DNA of 64,000 nucleotides from Spirochaetia bacterium (GTDB lineage Bacteria; Spirochaetota; Spirochaetia; DSM-2461): the NCBI GenBank assembly GCA_963668315.1, contig OY764216.1:384001-448000 (forward strand), read 5' to 3'. Positions 54,671 through 63,321 of this stretch are shown in pieces. Each line of letters opens with the position of its first letter. Positions within the stretch are counted from its first letter, which is position 1. Below the pieces are notes generated by a model. It did not search any database. It saw nothing but the letters and a program-made list of their open reading frames with translations, and was not told the DNA's origin. The position numbers and the translations under genes were made by a program.

Positions 54671-55854
54671 TTCCTGTTTATATAGAAGACCTGGGGATTC
54701 TGACAGCCCGTAATAAAGGGAAGAAGGATGTACTGGCGGCCATACTCGGGGGGGAGAGAGACGGTCTGAACCCCGAACAAATCGGAGAAATGACCTGCCA
54801 TACGGCCCGCTGTTCCGACGAGGAGGCCGGACTGGTTGAAACCTGCGGCAAAAGCAATGACATACTGAGTTTTCTCACGATCTGCTGCCGGGAGATCGAT
54901 GGAACCGTCAGGGAGATGATCTCCCGCTACGGCTCCTCAAGGATCGCCGTCGTACTGGGAACGTCAGGCTACGGCTCTGACGAAGCCTATTTTGCCGAGG
55001 AGCAGAGACGGAAAAGCGGCTCCTTCCCCTCGGACTACCAACTGGCCTATCAGCAGGTTCACTATCCCACCGATTTCGTCAGGGACTATTTCGGAACCGA
55101 CGGCTACTGCGGAACTCTGGCCACGGCCTGCGCCTCGGGAGCGGGGGCCATTGTGGAAGGCTATAAATTACTTCAGGCCGGACTGGCCGATGCCGTGATT
55201 GCCGGCGGGGTGGATAATATCTCCGAATCGGTCCTGAAAGGCTTTATCTCACTGGAAGCGGTCGACCAGAATAAGACGATTCCCTTCAGCAGAAACCGCC
55301 ACGGAATCAACATCGGCGAAGGGGCGGCTCTTCTGGTTCTGACAAAGGAAAAACCCGGGAAGGACGCCGTTCTCATCGCCGGCTTCGGAGAGTGTTCCGA
55401 CGCCCACCACCAGACCGCACCCGACCCTACCGGAGAAGGGGCCGCCAAAGCAATGAGGATGGCCCTGGAACAGGCGGGAATGGACAGGGTGGATTACATC
55501 AATCTCCACGGAACGGGAACCGCCCTGAATGACTCGATGGAAGGAAAAGCCACCGCAGAGGTTTTTCCCGGGAATCCTTTCTGTTCCAGCACCAAGGCGG
55601 TAACGGGCCACACGCTGGGAGCTTCGGGAGCCATTGAACTGGGGCTGTGCTATCTGCTCCTGACATCCTATAATCCTGAAAAAAAGCTTCCCCCCCATAT
55701 TTGGGACGGTGAGGCCGATCCCGATATTCCCGGACTGAATTTCTGCGGTAAAGACACCAGGCTGGAGACGATCGGAAGCGCCATGAGCAACTCCTATGCC
55801 TTCGGCGGCTGGGATGTCAGCATTATCGTGAAAAAAGGAGAGAAGGATGATTAG
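54667..55854 (+). CDS. Beta-ketoacyl-ACP synthase (ApeO-like)
   Basis: TACASG, HGTGT, GHTLGA (Cys-His-His triad); GINIGEGA. Confidence 0.92.
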   Translation: MIPVYIEDLGILTARNKGKKDVLAAILGGERDGLNPEQIGEMTCHTARCSDEEAGLVETCGKSNDILSFLTICCREIDGTVREMISRYGSSRIAVVLGTSGYGSDEAYFAEEQRRKSGSFPSDYQLAYQQVHYPTDFVRDYFGTDGYCGTLATACASGAGAIVEGYKLLQAGLADAVIAGGVDNISESVLKGFISLEAVDQNKTIPFSRNRHGINIGEGAALLVLTKEKPGKDAVLIAGFGECSDAHHQTAPDPTGEGAAKAMRMALEQAGMDRVDYINLHGTGTALNDSMEGKATAEVFPGNPFCSSTKAVTGHTLGASGAIELGLCYLLLTSYNPEKKLPPHIWDGEADPDIPGLNFCGKDTRLETIGSAMSNSYAFGGWDVSIIVKKGEKDD

Positions 55855-56314
55855 CTTCCCTTTGAAGAAACCCGATCTCTATGACATATCCGTTCATCAG
55901 GGACGCATGCTTCTCATCGATCAGATAGACAGCTGCGACAGGGACAACTTTACCATGGAAAGCTCGCTTCTGATTACCGATGAAAGCGAGTTCCTCTACG
56001 AAGGGGCCATGCCCGTCTGGGTCAGTTTCGAATATATGGCCCAGAGTATCGCCCTCCTCTCTTCGGTGGTGCGCAGGGAGAAAAACGAAGAGCCGGAGAT
56101 CGGCTTCCTCATCAATGTGAGGGATTTTGAAGCGGTCAGACCGGAGTATAAAATCGGTGACAGGGTCACTATCCGCATCTCCCAGGAGTTCAAGGAGGAG
56201 AATATCGCCGTATTCCACGGAGAATCCTTCGTGAACGGGGAGTGCTACAGCAAAGGCTCCGTAACGGTCATTGAAAAGACCGATGAGCTGCTGAATAAAT
56301 GGTCGGAAAAATAA
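55847..56314 (+). CDS. Hot-dog dehydratase (ApeP-like)
   Basis: H...MLLID, EYMAQS, IGFL. Confidence 0.85.
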   Translation: MISFPLKKPDLYDISVHQGRMLLIDQIDSCDRDNFTMESSLLITDESEFLYEGAMPVWVSFEYMAQSIALLSSVVRREKNEEPEIGFLINVRDFEAVRPEYKIGDRVTIRISQEFKEENIAVFHGESFVNGECYSKGSVTVIEKTDELLNKWSEK

Positions 56315-56321
56315 TAAGGTA

Positions 56322-57056
56322 ATGGATGCAATGGAGAGAAGAATATTAGTGACCGGAGCCAGCAAGGGGCTGGGCCGGGCCATAGCGGTGGAAGCCGCGC
56401 GCGGGGGATTTGACATATCGGTACATTATAACCGCGACAGGGAAGGAGCGGAAAAGACAGCCGAGTTAGTGAAGGCTGAAGGCCGTTCCGCCTCGATACT
56501 GAGTTTTGATATAACGGACAGGGATGAGTGCCGCGAAGTCCTCGCTTCGGAGATAGAGAAGCACGGTGTCTTCTACGGAGTCGTCTGCAATGCCGGCGTT
56601 ACCAGGGACAACGCCTTCCCTTCCATAGACGGGGACGACTGGGATCTCGTGGTCCACACGAATCTTGACGGATTTTACAATGTTCTCCAGCCTCTGATCA
56701 TGCCCATGGTCAGAGCCAGATCGGGGGGAAGGATCATAACCATCTCATCGGTTTCGGGCATCATGGGCAACAGGGGACAGGTAAATTACAGCGCTTCCAA
56801 GGCCGGTATCATCGGGGCGACCAAAGCCCTGGCCGTGGAAATGGGGAAAAGAAACATCACGGTCAACTGTATCGCCCCCGGGGTTATTGAAACGGATATG
56901 ACCGAGGATGTCCCCTGGGACCATATCAAGTCCTCCGTTCCCCTGCGCCGCATGGGCAAGCCTGAGGAAGTGGGGGCCCTGGCGGCTTTTCTTCTCTCCG
57001 ACAGCGCGTCCTATATCACAAGACAGGTGATCTCTGTCAACGGAGGAATGATATGA
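56322..57056 (+). CDS. 3-oxoacyl-ACP reductase, FabG family (ApeQ-like)
   Basis: TGASKGLG, NAG, YSASK, RQVISVNGG. Confidence 0.93.
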   Translation: MDAMERRILVTGASKGLGRAIAVEAARGGFDISVHYNRDREGAEKTAELVKAEGRSASILSFDITDRDECREVLASEIEKHGVFYGVVCNAGVTRDNAFPSIDGDDWDLVVHTNLDGFYNVLQPLIMPMVRARSGGRIITISSVSGIMGNRGQVNYSASKAGIIGATKALAVEMGKRNITVNCIAPGVIETDMTEDVPWDHIKSSVPLRRMGKPEEVGALAAFLLSDSASYITRQVISVNGGMI

Positions 57057-58282
57057 AAAAAAGAGTCGTCATAACGGGCGGAGCCGCCATTACCCCCATC
57101 GGCACAGGATGGGAAGCGATAGAACAGAACCTGAGGAAGAAGGAGAACGGCATCCGCTGCCTGGAGGACTGGAAGAAATACGAAAGGATGAACACCAAAC
57201 TGGCCGGTCCGGCCCAGTGGACGCCCCCCTCCTATCCCCGCAAGAAGACCCGCGGCATGGGCCGGGTGGCCCTCATGGCCGTCCACTGTACGGAGACAGC
57301 CTTGGAGATGGCGGGTCTTCTGGATCATCCCAGCCTGACCAACGGCGATACGGGCGTTTCCTACGGTTCCTCAACGGGTAACGTGGATGCCCTGCTGGAC
57401 TTCTACTCCATGCTTAACGATAACTCGGCCCAGGGCATCACGGCCACGACCTATATCAGGTCCATGCCCCAGACCTGCGCCGTCAACATCGGTGTGTTCT
57501 TTGAAATGAAGGGCCGCCTTCTGACCAGCAACACGGCCTGTACGTCGGGAAGCCTCTCCATCGGCATGGGCTTCGAGACGATAAGGGACGGCAAGCAGAA
57601 GATCATGGTCTGCGGCGGAGCGGAGGAACTGAACCCCACGGAAGCCGCCGTTTTCGACACCCTCTTTGCGGCAAGCACGAAAAACGACACCCCCGAGCTG
57701 ACCCCCAGCCCCTTCGATAAGGACCGGGACGGTCTGGTCATCGGAGAAGGTGCGGGCACCCTGGTCCTGGAAGAACTGGATCATGCCCTGGAACGGGGCG
57801 CAGCCATATACGGGGAAATTGTCGGCTTCGGTACGAACACCGACGGCGCGCACATTACTCAGCCCAACAGGGAAACCATCGAGATTGCCCTGAAGCTGGC
57901 CCTGGACGACGCGGGGATCGCCCCGGAACAGGTGGACTATGTAAACGGCCACGGAACAGCCACGGAGCACGGGGATATTACCGAAAGCAATGCCACATAC
58001 AACTGCTTCAACGGGCGGAAAGTCCCCTACAGCACTCTGAAGAGTTATATGGGCCATACCCTGGGAGCCTGCGGGGCCATTGAGACCTGGGTATCCCTGA
58101 ATATGATGAATACAGGCTGGGTCGCCCCCAACCTGAATCTGGAAAACCTCGATCCCCGCTGCGCCGAGCTGGATTATATCCTGGGAGACGGAAGAGAGAT
58201 GGATCTGAATTATGTGATGTGCAACAACTTCGCCTTCGGCGGAATCAATACATCGCTGATTCTCAAACGGTGGAAAAACTAA
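57053..58282 (+). CDS. Beta-ketoacyl-ACP synthase (ApeR-like)
   Basis: TACTSGS, HGTAT, GHTLGACG, NNFAFGG. Confidence 0.93.
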   Translation: MKKRVVITGGAAITPIGTGWEAIEQNLRKKENGIRCLEDWKKYERMNTKLAGPAQWTPPSYPRKKTRGMGRVALMAVHCTETALEMAGLLDHPSLTNGDTGVSYGSSTGNVDALLDFYSMLNDNSAQGITATTYIRSMPQTCAVNIGVFFEMKGRLLTSNTACTSGSLSIGMGFETIRDGKQKIMVCGGAEELNPTEAAVFDTLFAASTKNDTPELTPSPFDKDRDGLVIGEGAGTLVLEELDHALERGAAIYGEIVGFGTNTDGAHITQPNRETIEIALKLALDDAGIAPEQVDYVNGHGTATEHGDITESNATYNCFNGRKVPYSTLKSYMGHTLGACGAIETWVSLNMMNTGWVAPNLNLENLDPRCAELDYILGDGREMDLNYVMCNNFAFGGINTSLILKRWKN

Positions 58283-58309
58283 TCGGACACCCTTATCTCT
58301 TTTCTGAAT

Positions 58310-58347
58310 AAAAAAAGGCTGCCGTCTCTTACAACGGCAGCCTTTTT
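58310..58347. terminator. Bidirectional intrinsic terminator between the cluster and purA
   Basis: A-tract-GGCTGCCGT-loop-ACGGCAGCC-T-tract. Confidence 0.88.
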
Positions 58348-58363
58348 AAGATCTAAAGAATAT

Positions 58364-59590
58364 CTATTTCTCCCAGGGAGGAGTCTTCATAAAAGTCTCA
58401 TCCCTCAGGGGACCTACTGAGAAACCTGCCACGGGCACGCCGGTGTAATCTTCGATAAACCGGACAAACTCCTTGGCGCCTGCGGGGATCTGATCCCAGT
58501 TGCGGGCCTCCCCGACTTTTCCGTCCCAGCCGGGGATCTCTTTCAGAACGGGCTTGATTCTTTCAATCCGGTCGATGGCGGAGGGGAACTCTTCGGTAAT
58601 CTCCCCATCGATCTCATAGGCAGTACAGACCTTGACGGAATCGAAGCCGTCGTAAAGGTTCATATGGGAAAGGATGAATCCGTCCAGACTGTTCACCCAG
58701 CCGGCATAACGGAGGGCCACAAGGTCCAGATAGCCGATACGGCGGGGACGGCCGGTGGTCACACCGTATTCATGTCCCAGTTCGCGCAGGGTATTGCCCA
58801 GTTCGAGATCCGATCCTTCCAGCATTTCCGTGGGGAACGGGCCGTTTCCGACGCGGGTCTGATACGCCTTGAATACACCGAGGCACTTATCAAGATACCG
58901 GGGTCCCACAGATGCGCCCTGTGCTGCGCCGCAGCTTGTGGACATACCGGAGGAGACGAAGGGATAGGTACCGTGATCCAGGTCCAGAAGCGCTCCCTGA
59001 GCCCCTTCCAGCAGGATGTCCTTGTCCCGGTTCTTCATCATAAAGGCCGCCATGTTCACCTTCATGGATTCCAGCCTCTCCTTAAAGGGGACCAGCCAGT
59101 TCCGGTCTTCCTCGTTCAGACCGTTCCAGACGACCTCATCCCAGAGATCTCCGACCCGGATACCGTCGCGATGGGCCTTTTTCGCATAGGCGACGCCGAT
59201 GCCGCGCCCTGTCGTTCCGATGGGGCGGATGCGGACCGATTCCATCTCCTGGTCTTCCTTTTTATAGGAAGGAAGCACGAGATGGGCTCTGTCGGATACG
59301 AAAACCCGGCCTTCCCAGTCGATACCCTGTGAAGCGATGCCTTCCAGTTCGATAAAAAGTGACTCCGGATCGATGACCATACCGTTGCCCAGGGCTACGG
59401 TTTTTTCCGGATAAATAATGCCCGCCGGAACAAGATGAAGGGCAAATGTTTTGTCCTGGACCTTAATGGTGTGTCCCGCATTGGCTCCGCCGGAAAAGCG
59501 GACCACGACATCTGCATCTTCGGCCAGATAGTCCACCATTTTTCCTTTACCTTCGTCGCCCCACTGGGCGCCGATAACTACAAGTTTCAT
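58364..59590 (-). CDS. purA: Adenylosuccinate synthetase
   Basis: GAQWGDEGKGK, GGANAGHT, EGAQG, GVTTGRPRR; start at MKLVV. Confidence 0.97.
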   Translation of the reverse strand: MKLVVIGAQWGDEGKGKMVDYLAEDADVVVRFSGGANAGHTIKVQDKTFALHLVPAGIIYPEKTVALGNGMVIDPESLFIELEGIASQGIDWEGRVFVSDRAHLVLPSYKKEDQEMESVRIRPIGTTGRGIGVAYAKKAHRDGIRVGDLWDEVVWNGLNEEDRNWLVPFKERLESMKVNMAAFMMKNRDKDILLEGAQGALLDLDHGTYPFVSSGMSTSCGAAQGASVGPRYLDKCLGVFKAYQTRVGNGPFPTEMLEGSDLELGNTLRELGHEYGVTTGRPRRIGYLDLVALRYAGWVNSLDGFILSHMNLYDGFDSVKVCTAYEIDGEITEEFPSAIDRIERIKPVLKEIPGWDGKVGEARNWDQIPAGAKEFVRFIEDYTGVPVAGFSVGPLRDETFMKTPPWEK

Positions 59591-59647
59591 AGATTTTCCT
59601 TTTTCGTTCGGTGTAAAGCCCCGAAGCGGGCTTCCTTTAAGAACAGC

Positions 59648-59679
59648 AAAAAGCCCGTTCAGTGACAACTGAACGGGCT
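59648..59679 (-). terminator. Terminator hairpin upstream of purA
   Basis: 12-bp stem AGCCCGTTCAGT/ACTGAACGGGCT followed by Ts. Confidence 0.75.
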
Positions 59680-59738
59680 CCGTAGTTGCGTGTTATATTA
59701 ACAGAAAACTCATATCATGACAATCCTCCTCCGGGATT

Positions 59739-60254
59739 TCATAAAAACAGCGTCTTCACATGGCCCACGGAAATCTGCTCGTCTATTCTCATGACTCTCT
59801 CTTTCCGGTTCACCATAAAATAGCTTCGCGAGAGGCTGGCCCTCCCCTCCTCTTCCGTCGGAGCGGAATCATTCCCGATGATCTCCCGGTACCGGAATTC
59901 CCGGTAAACCTCAAAGCGGTATTTCTCTATAAGCCGTCCGATGGGGATTTCCGTTTCGACAAGATCGGCCGCCATCTCCTTCTCCAGCCGGTCAAGGACG
60001 ATAAGCGACTGGGCCCTCAGATGGACATGGCCGGAGCTCTTTCCCAGAAGGGAGACGCTTCTTCGGAGAAGGGGACTCTCCCGGGAGAGGAGGAAATCGG
60101 AGGCATCCTCCCCGGCGGGCTCCACGGCCTCGTGGTGTTTGACGATTCCTATCTCTTCACCGTATAAATCCTCCAGGACTTTGGTCATGGAGCCGTTATG
60201 ATTCAGGAGCATCTGATACATCCACAGAGGCTCTTTGGTTTTCAAACATGTCAA
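59739..60254 (-). CDS. Chorismate pyruvate-lyase-like protein (UbiC/DUF98 family)
   Basis: GSMTKVLE, R.V.L, A.S.I, IPIGRLI...EVYRE, SR.Y...I.E pattern. Confidence 0.75.
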   Translation of the reverse strand: MTCLKTKEPLWMYQMLLNHNGSMTKVLEDLYGEEIGIVKHHEAVEPAGEDASDFLLSRESPLLRRSVSLLGKSSGHVHLRAQSLIVLDRLEKEMAADLVETEIPIGRLIEKYRFEVYREFRYREIIGNDSAPTEEEGRASLSRSYFMVNRKERVMRIDEQISVGHVKTLFL

Positions 60255-60422
60255 AATTCTCGAAACTTCCTTTCGGCAGGATAGTTTAAGCCGATTCCCG
60301 CCGGGCGCAGTCTAGCAGAAAAATCCTTCCGTTCCCAGTTATCCCTACGTGTTTCTCCCTTTCTCTCCCCGTCAGCCGGGGCGATTCTATCCATTCCCAC
60401 AAGAATACTGTAGAATAGAACA

Positions 60423-61547
60423 ATGAATTTCACATTTCCCTCCCCCGGTTCCATGGGAGAACAAATCGAATTGAGCCTGTATCCGCCCTCCACGGATAAC
60501 TCCCTGCGCCCCTGGGACGGGGCTGACGAATATCTTATTGAAGCGCTCAGGGAAGATCCCGATAGAGGCGAGGCGGAACGGACGGCCGTAGTCAACGACA
60601 GTCACGGGGCACTGGCCCTTTCTCTCGGGAAGTCGGCGGTGATCTGCCTGAACGACTCCTTCTCGGACCGTACCGGGATCAGGATCAACGGCGAAGCGAA
60701 CGGGGCTGCCGACTCTTTGAATTTCGCCGGATTCCTGGACGATTTCGAGTGCGACTGGGACAGGATTCTCATGAAGATCCCCAAGACTCTGAATCTCTTC
60801 CGGTTCCAGCTGGAACGCATGGCGGAGAAGATTGACCGGCCCGTTCCCATCATGGCCGCCGGAATGGCCAAGCTCATGCCCATAAGTTTCTACGAGGCGT
60901 TCGAAGCTTCCGTGGAAAATGCGGAATACTCACTGATCCGTAAAAGGGCCCTGTATTACAAGGGGCTCCTGATTCCCCGGAAAAAGAAAGCGACGGAGAA
61001 CCACCAGTTTCTCTGGAACGACAGGCCCTTCGTCTCTCTGCCGGGCGTCTTCTCCTACGGGAAGCCCGATTGGGGGACCCTCTTCCTGCTGGACCGCTTT
61101 CCCCGGGTAGACCCGCCGGAACTGGTTATCGATCCGGGCTGCGGCTGCGGGATACTGGGGATTCAGGCCGCACTCACATGGCCGGATGCACGGGTCATCG
61201 GAACGGACGATTCGGCCCTGGCCGTGGAGAGCGCCCGGCTCTCGGCTCAGATAAACGGCGTCTCCGACCGGATGAAGTTCCTTCATACCAATATTCTGGA
61301 GGGAGTGGAAGACCGGTCGGCCGACCTGGTCATCTGTAATCCCCCCTTCCACTCCCAGCACCGCATTCAGCTGGAAAGGGGTTTCGCCTTTATTGAAGAG
61401 AGCGCCCGGGTTCTGAAGACCGGGGGACGGCTGTTCCTTGTCTCCAACCGGTATCTGGGATATGAAAAGCAGCTGAAGTGCGCCTTTCAGAGCATGAAGA
61501 TTCTGGGACAGGACAGCAAATTCCGGCTGTATATGTGCCGGAAGTAG
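60423..61547 (+). CDS. RlmG/RsmC-family rRNA guanine N2-methyltransferase
   Basis: WDGADEYL, VNDSHGAL, PGVFS, D.GCGCG, CNPPFH. Confidence 0.88.
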   Translation: MNFTFPSPGSMGEQIELSLYPPSTDNSLRPWDGADEYLIEALREDPDRGEAERTAVVNDSHGALALSLGKSAVICLNDSFSDRTGIRINGEANGAADSLNFAGFLDDFECDWDRILMKIPKTLNLFRFQLERMAEKIDRPVPIMAAGMAKLMPISFYEAFEASVENAEYSLIRKRALYYKGLLIPRKKKATENHQFLWNDRPFVSLPGVFSYGKPDWGTLFLLDRFPRVDPPELVIDPGCGCGILGIQAALTWPDARVIGTDDSALAVESARLSAQINGVSDRMKFLHTNILEGVEDRSADLVICNPPFHSQHRIQLERGFAFIEESARVLKTGGRLFLVSNRYLGYEKQLKCAFQSMKILGQDSKFRLYMCRK

Positions 61548-61549
61548 GA

Positions 61550-61966
61550 TCAGGGGTCCAGATTGACCAGTTCCCCCGTTTCGGGATCCAGCCGGCGGTA
61601 GTAGCAGTTGCGCGCCTCCCCTCTGCTGTTGCGGGTGTGGCAGATTTTTCCCTTTTCCGGGCGGACGATGTACAGAAGGGAGTTCTGTTCGCAGTTCACC
61701 CGGATCTCCTCGATAAAATAGGCGTTACCCGATGTGAGGCCCTTCTCCCACAGTTCGTTGCGGGAGGTACTCCAGAAAACGGCTTTCCCCGTCTCCCGGG
61801 TCCGTGCCAGAGCCTGTTCGTTGGCATAGGCCACGAGGATGAGTTCCTTCGTCTCGCTGTCCTGCACGGCCACGGGCACCACGTCGCAGTTTTTACCGGC
61901 CAGGGAGGCCAGTTTCTTCCAGTCCAGGTTCAGGACGGTTCCTTCTTCCAGTTCTTCATGGGTCAT
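61550..61966 (-). CDS. hisI: Phosphoribosyl-AMP cyclohydrolase
   Basis: FWSTSR.ELW.KG.TSG, NCEQNSL, CHT...CYY. Confidence 0.92.
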   Translation of the reverse strand: MTHEELEEGTVLNLDWKKLASLAGKNCDVVPVAVQDSETKELILVAYANEQALARTRETGKAVFWSTSRNELWEKGLTSGNAYFIEEIRVNCEQNSLLYIVRPEKGKICHTRNSRGEARNCYYRRLDPETGELVNLDP

Positions 61967-62089
61967 TCTGCCATTATAGCGAGACGCGTTAGGGATTGGA
62001 AGGGCCGCCTCGGCGGGTCGGCGGGGGAAGCCCGGCGACGGGACCCCTGGAAAGCCCGGGTCCGGCGCAGCCGGACAACGCCCGGAATA

Positions 62090-63235
62090 TCAGCACACTT
62101 CTGAGAGCTCCTCTGCGCCCCCAGCCCGGGGAGCCAGGAGCCAGCCCGCCGCGACGGCCGTCAGGGGGGCGACCAGGACAAGGGCCAGACTGCCCGAGAG
62201 GGTGCGGAGGATCTCGGCGATGACGATTTTCATGTTGAGGGCCCGTACGACGCTGGTGGCCAGGGACTGAAAAAGCATGAGCAGGGTCAGGTAGCTTCCC
62301 GAATAGGCCAGGAGGAGGGTCGTGGTCATGGTGCCGATGACCGCCCGGCCGATGGTGAATCCCGAGAGGATCAGTTCGCCCTTTCCGATATCGGGCTTTT
62401 TGATGAGGATTTCCTCCATGGAGGTGGCCACGTCCATCGCGATGTCCATGGCCGCTCCGGAGGCTCCTATGATGATGGAAGCGAAAAAGACCTCCCGGAT
62501 GTTCAGATCGAGGTGGCCCGAGAAGAGGAGCGTTTCGCTGTAGGGGCAGGTGAAGCCTCTCAGATCCATGAGGGCGCCGAATATCTGGGTCAGGACGAAG
62601 GTGACCGTCAGGCCGGAGAGGGTTCCCAGAAAGGCGGCCGTCCCCCGGCGGGTGAAGCCGGCCACGGAGAAGATGATGACGCCGGAGAGAAGAATCACCG
62701 TGAGGATCGTGATAAGGAGGGGGGGATAGTTGCTCAGAAGGGCCGGGATGAGCAGAAAGAAGATCACCCCCAGGGAGACAAGGAAGGAGAAGAGGGCCCG
62801 CAGGCCGACTTTCCCGGCGAACAGGATAAGGGAGAGGGCGAAGAGGCCGAAGAGAAGGGCCCCCCAGCCCTGGCGGATTTTATCCACCGCTTTCACGGGA
62901 GGAGCTCCGGGAGAGGGGTTGGAATTGAACACCACGAAGAGCTTGTCCCCTTCGCCGTATACCGTGTCCATATCCATTTTCCCGATGAGGAGATTGGTCG
63001 CTTCCACGGTCTGCCCTTTGAAGGGCTTGCTGAGCAGTTCCACTTCCAGCATCTGGTGGCCGAAGCTGGCGATGTTGGAGGAAATGACGTCGCTGTTGTC
63101 CACGGACAGAACGCGGGCCCGGATTTCTCCTTCCGATGACAGCTTCATGCTGATACCGGGCAGAAGAAGGACGAAGAGAAGCAGGGCGATAAGGGCCAGG
63201 AGATAATAGGGGGTCAGTTTCATCTTTTTATTCAT
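62090..63235 (-). CDS. YibE/F family membrane protein
   Basis: GASGAAMDIA, G..IGRAVIGTMTTTLLLAY.G, multiple TM helices. Confidence 0.88.
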   Translation of the reverse strand: MNKKMKLTPYYLLALIALLLFVLLLPGISMKLSSEGEIRARVLSVDNSDVISSNIASFGHQMLEVELLSKPFKGQTVEATNLLIGKMDMDTVYGEGDKLFVVFNSNPSPGAPPVKAVDKIRQGWGALLFGLFALSLILFAGKVGLRALFSFLVSLGVIFFLLIPALLSNYPPLLITILTVILLSGVIIFSVAGFTRRGTAAFLGTLSGLTVTFVLTQIFGALMDLRGFTCPYSETLLFSGHLDLNIREVFFASIIIGASGAAMDIAMDVATSMEEILIKKPDIGKGELILSGFTIGRAVIGTMTTTLLLAYSGSYLTLLMLFQSLATSVVRALNMKIVIAEILRTLSGSLALVLVAPLTAVAAGWLLAPRAGGAEELSEVC

Positions 63236-63256
63236 TGTTTCCTCGGAAAAGGGAAA

Positions 63257-63289
63257 ACCCCCGGCCGCAGGTTTCCTGTTACCGGGGGT
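63257..63289 (-). terminator. Terminator-like hairpin after the alkaline phosphatase gene
   Basis: ACCCCCGG...CCGGGGGT followed by TTTCCCTTTT. Confidence 0.55.
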
Positions 63290-63321
63290 GGTTCGGTTCG
63301 TTAAATAATTCCGGTCAGAGA

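Noticed and set aside
43437..58282. Cluster as housekeeping fatty-acid synthesis or as a recent genomic island
   Set aside because: No FabD, FabH or enoyl reductase, while CLF, GT, LolA and MMPL are present, which fits APE; no integrase, IS, tRNA target or flanking direct repeats were seen
59680..59735. Purine riboswitch upstream of purA
   Set aside because: Only scattered words resemble the consensus; no P1-P2-P3 pairing or GUUUCUAC core
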